This document shows, piece by piece, positions 28,653 to 32,000 of a stretch of 32,000 nt of DNA. The notes under the pieces were generated by a model that did not search any database, was not told where the DNA came from, and was given only the letters and a program-made list of their open reading frames with translations. The DNA is taken from NCBI RefSeq assembly GCF_000014265.1, contig NC_008312.1, forward strand, positions 2,280,001-2,312,000, in the 5' to 3' direction. Positions within the stretch are counted from its first letter, which is position 1. The number at the start of each line of letters is the position of its first letter. This DNA comes from Trichodesmium erythraeum IMS101 (GTDB lineage Bacteria; Cyanobacteriota; Cyanobacteriia; Cyanobacteriales; Microcoleaceae). A program made the translations under genes and the position numbers.

Positions 28653-28984
28653 GGAAATTTCCAGATTAGTCAATTTTATCCATCATCTCTAAGAAAATAA
28701 TTTTGGAGAAAGTTACTGCAATTTTTCGACTTTATTAGCCTCAGAATTAGACTTAAATAAATTTTTCCTTTGCTTGAGAGTTATACCATTTATAAAAAAG
28801 TTTTCTACCTATATCTTCAGTAGGGGAGAAGGGAAGTATTAAACATTTATAAAACTAATATTAACTTAGCTAAAGATAGCAATAAGATTATTATGCCTAT
28901 CTCAATTCTTTAACAACTGAAGTACTAACCAAATATAGTATTAATGCATAGGAATTAGTATTAAACGGGAAAAATGAGGCGAAT

Positions 28985-29026
28985 AAAATTCTCTAAATTT
29001 TGGGTAAATATTAATCATCTGTTTGG
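28985..29026 (+). repeat. Copy 3 of the ~42 nt direct repeat
   Basis: aaaattctctaaattttgggtaaatattaatcatctgtttgg. It lies about 245 nt upstream of the ppa start. Confidence 0.7.
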
Positions 29027-29269
29027 AAATTCAATGATAGAGTTCACGTTGACTGAGGATCGAGATATTAATTCAGCTCAGGTATGCTTGACTTAGGCCT
29101 GGGTGTAGGAACGATATCTTTAGATGCCTAGTCCCTTAGCTCTACTAACTTAGAAGAATAAAGCAACTATGGGCCTGGAATCTTACTATTCCCGGTGCTA
29201 ATTCGTGGAGCCCGAGTAGTTCATCCCAACTCTTGATATACTCTTTTTTAGTTAATATGGAGAAATATT

Positions 29270-29782
29270 GTGGATTTATCGTTAATTCCGGCTCAACCAA
29301 AACCTGGACTAATAAATGTTTTAATAGAAATTACTGGCGGAAGTAAAAATAAATACGAATTTGATAAAGATTTACAAGCTTTTGCCCTTGACCGTGTACT
29401 ATATTCTTCTGTACAATATCCTTATGACTATGGTTTTGTCCCTAATACCCTAGCAGATGATGGTGATCCCCTTGATGGAATAGTAATTATGGATGAGCCA
29501 ACATTTCCTGGATGTGTTATTCCAGCAAGACCTGTAGGTATGTTAGAAATGATCGACGGAGGAGATAGAGACGAAAAAATTCTCTGTGTTCCAGATAAAG
29601 ACCCGCGCTATACTGAGGTTAAATCTCTCAAAGATGTAGCACATCATCGACTAGAAGAAATAGCTGAATTTTTCAGGACTTATAAAAACCTAGAAAAAAA
29701 GGTGACAGAAATACTTGGCTGGAAAGATGTTGAGCATGTAATGCCATTAGTAGAGAAATGCGTTAAAGCTGCAAGTAAGTAA
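29270..29782 (+). CDS. ppa: Inorganic pyrophosphatase (family I)
   Basis: GTG start. The sequence (V/M)[33 protein letters not shown]...[23 protein letters not shown]...DEKILCV carries the canonical soluble PPase motifs. Confidence 0.95.
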   Translation: MDLSLIPAQPKPGLINVLIEITGGSKNKYEFDKDLQAFALDRVLYSSVQYPYDYGFVPNTLADDGDPLDGIVIMDEPTFPGCVIPARPVGMLEMIDGGDRDEKILCVPDKDPRYTEVKSLKDVAHHRLEEIAEFFRTYKNLEKKVTEILGWKDVEHVMPLVEKCVKAASK

Positions 29783-29817
29783 TATTAATTCTAGTATCTT
29801 CAGAGTTAAAAAAAATT

Positions 29818-29871
29818 TAGGGGTGGGTTTTCTAGAGATTTTACTTGAATAAAAACCTACCCCTACTTTTT
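29818..29871 (+). terminator. Intrinsic terminator of ppa
   Basis: UAGGGGUGGGUUUU (29818-29831) pairs with AAAACCUACCCCUA (29852-29865) at 13 of 14 positions. CUUUUU follows. It lies 36 nt after the ppa stop. Confidence 0.6.
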
Positions 29872-30207
29872 AAAAAAACTAGTTAATTTTTTAAAAATTC
29901 TCAAATGATGGCAGTTTTTGTAGTTATCGTAATTTTTAATAGGAATAAAATACTTTTTTACCCGAAACTATTTTACAGCAAGAAAGCAGTGTCTTAATTA
30001 TAACTAAAATGATTATAGTAAATAACAATAGGGAAGTGATATGGAAAGTCTACAAAAATTTTAGATAAAGTCCAGCAGCATCATTAATGTATAAAATAAG
30101 GTAATAAAGAAAAAACATTTTTCCTTCAGTATAAATATCTTTTGCTACAAGGTATTAAAATCATTAAAATCAGAAGTTTTAGTTAACTCAAAATTAGTTA
30201 GTTCTAT

Positions 30208-30861
30208 TCAAATTTTTATAAATCTTGTAGAATTATCAAAGAAATTTATTTGTTGGTTTACAAAAAAATATCCAACATATTCAATTTCTACTGCATATTT
30301 ATGTGCCACCATATCAACCAATTCAGAATCGTAATATTTCCAATATTCTTCTCTATTTGATTTATTGCGGATAGGGAGCTGAAAGTTTTCTAGTTGTAAT
30401 ATTTGGGATAGTTTTTTAAAGTCGTTTTCAAGAGATTCAAACCTCATAACAAAATTAACTTAAGGCTGGCTTAACGGCAAGCCATTACTATTTAAATAAT
30501 AAAACATTGTTGGTACTTTTCGCAATAAATTAATAAACTCATCTCTATTCCATTTTTGAGTTTGACGATGTGGCGAAAAAAAATAAGAAATCATTCTTTA
30601 CCAAGAGTTTCTAATAACGGCAAATTTATAAAGAGAATTAAAAATATCTGGTGACAAAACTTGATAGTAGTCAAGTAAAGACAAGTGTTTATGTATGTGA
30701 GAAAAATTTTTATTTCTTACTTCAAATATTTCTACATCATCTTGCCAAGGGTTAAAGAAAAAAATTTTATCTTCAAAGTAATGCTTTAGAAAATTATGAA
30801 TTGAATTACCTACTGTTTTAGGAATGTGAATAAATAAAAACTTTTTTTGTATAGAAAGCAT
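30208..30861 (-). pseudogene. Sulfotransferase-family gene, a single reading frame interrupted by two in-frame TAA codons
   Basis: The N-terminus FIHIPKTVGNSI is a PAPS-binding-loop-like motif of sulfotransferase family 2. The C-terminus RFESLENDFKKLSQILQL...LPIRNKSNREEYWKYYDSELVDMVAHKYAVEIEYVGY is typical of the same family. ORFs 30598..30861 and 30208..30447 are in the same frame (offset 390 nt), and the intervening codons are open except for TAA at 30598-30600 and 30460-30462. Confidence 0.7.
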
Positions 30862-30957
30862 TTTTCAAAGTGACGTAGTAAACATTTTTGGTTTGTTCCC
30901 TATCCTCGGACTCATCTATCCTACTCCCTAATAACTTAAAACAAAAACAATTAATAA

Positions 30958-32000
30958 TCAACCTTTTCCTTTCTTCTTTTCTCCTCTTTCCTGACAGGAT
31001 AAAATTTCAGCAAATAAAGCTTCATAACTATTTAAAGCATTTTTAGATCCAAAATTTTCTTCAGCATATTTTCTCCCTTGCTGACCTAGTTCCTCAAGTT
31101 TTTTTGGATTTTCATATAACTCTAGAATGGCTTGTGCCAAAGCTGAAAAATCTTCTGGAGTAACCACTATTCCACCACCACTTTCTTTGACAACCCTCAT
31201 TGCTGTACCTGTATCTGGAACAGAGGCTATTATGGGACGACCACTAGCAAGAATAACAGGAATTTTTGAAGGTAAATTAAAAGCAGTAACAGTCTTTTTC
31301 TGTATTACTAAACCAACATCAGCAGCAGATAACATTTCTGGTAATTTTTCTCGTGGTACTAAAGGCAGTAAAAGTATATTATCTGCTTGATAATTATTAC
31401 AACATTCTTGTAATTGTTGACGCGCTGTTTCTTCTCCTAAGATGACAAAAGAAATCTCTGATTTTTCTTTGAGACTAGCAGCAGCTTTAACTACTGTTTC
31501 TAAACCTTGAGTTAAAGCAATATTCCCAGAATAAATCACTACAAACTTATCTTGAAGGTTATGCTCTGCTCGGAAATAATTATTTTTATTGAGAGGTCTA
31601 ATAAAATTAATATCTACCCAATTAGAAATGCAAACAATACGATCTTTACTAACCCCTTGTTCTACCAACTTAGTAACAAAATCTTCAGTAATAACACTAA
31701 TTTTATCAGCTTTAAAATAAGCTAATTTTTCCACTGCTTGAGCTAGACTTACTATCCAACTATTTTTGTTCACTAGCCCAACTCTTACCGCAGCTTCAGA
31801 AACAATATCCTGAATATTTAAGACCACAGAAGATTTAGAAAATAATCCGTAAAAACTAACTGGTAAAGAAATTAATATAGGAGGAGTAGTAGCAAAAATA
31901 ATTTCAGGTTTCCAGCCATTAAAAGCTTGCCATAAACTAGAAACAATAAAACTACCATCTAACAATAGCCGAGCTAAAACCCCCGGTTTAGAACCTCTGA
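30958..32000 (-). CDS. GT4-family (GT-B fold, WcaI-like) glycosyltransferase; the 5' end lies beyond the window
   Basis: The C-terminal half has the GT1/GT4 signature: GRP(I/V)IAS...G....V......G.VV.PED...LA.AI..L. The reading frame stays open upstream of the listed start through position 32000 (...RGSKPGVLARLLLDGSF...), so the gene is truncated by the window edge. TGA stop at 30958-30960. Confidence 0.85.
   Translation of the reverse strand, partial: RGSKPGVLARLLLDGSFIVSSLWQAFNGWKPEIIFATTPPILISLPVSFYGLFSKSSVVLNIQDIVSEAAVRVGLVNKNSWIVSLAQAVEKLAYFKADKISVITEDFVTKLVEQGVSKDRIVCISNWVDINFIRPLNKNNYFRAEHNLQDKFVVIYSGNIALTQGLETVVKAAASLKEKSEISFVILGEETARQQLQECCNNYQADNILLLPLVPREKLPEMLSAADVGLVIQKKTVTAFNLPSKIPVILASGRPIIASVPDTGTAMRVVKESGGGIVVTPEDFSALAQAILELYENPKKLEELGQQGRKYAEENFGSKNALNSYEALFAEILSCQERGEKKKGKG

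Noticed and set aside
29090-29240. Possible tRNA or other RNA gene in the GC-richer stretch upstream of ppa
   Set aside because: No acceptor-stem/T-loop (GGTTCGAATCC-like) arrangement or cloverleaf could be drawn. It is more likely a ppa leader or promoter region.
12675-30861. Stop-codon reassignment or programmed read-through of TAA as the explanation for the in-frame TAA codons
   Set aside because: TAA is the terminal stop of most clearly intact genes here (for example the TPR protein, rnr, clpP and ppa). The four internal sites share no common context, and ubiX also carries a frameshift and a deletion. Ordinary nonsense mutations fit better. It remains testable by proteomics.

Overview
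AT-rich cyanobacterial chromosomal window. Support for the taxon: 7 copies of the HIP1 octamer GCGATCGC, all inside genes, plus cyanobacterial-type housekeeping genes (txlA-like, aroK, RNase R, clpP, ppa). Assigning it to a Trichodesmium-like lineage is inference only, from low coding density, intron and IS debris, and many TPR genes. By ORF coordinates, only about half of the window is intact coding sequence. The intact genes are a TPR protein, a secreted repeat protein, an Xre(DUF2384)/RES toxin-antitoxin pair, a TxlA-like thioredoxin, a NIL/4Fe-4S ferredoxin plus a small membrane protein, aroK, a LapA-domain membrane protein, RNase R, a repeat-rich hypothetical, clpP, a DUF5009-type membrane acyltransferase, a DUF5131 (Gp37/Gp68, three-Cys) protein, a TPR/2OG-Fe(II)-oxygenase fusion, ppa, and a 5'-partial GT4 glycosyltransferase. 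The rest is largely decayed sequence. It holds two degenerate group II intron 5' fragments (one fused to an IS630-like transposase remnant), a second IS630-like remnant, and a ubiX pseudogene. It also holds a TcmP partner gene and a sulfotransferase that are each interrupted only by in-frame TAA codons, plus several short dispersed, tandem or inverted repeats. The best candidate for an uncharacterised system is the convergent DUF5131 + TcmP cassette at 24.4-26.3 kb, which sits in very AT-rich DNA. No rRNA, tRNA or CRISPR array was seen.
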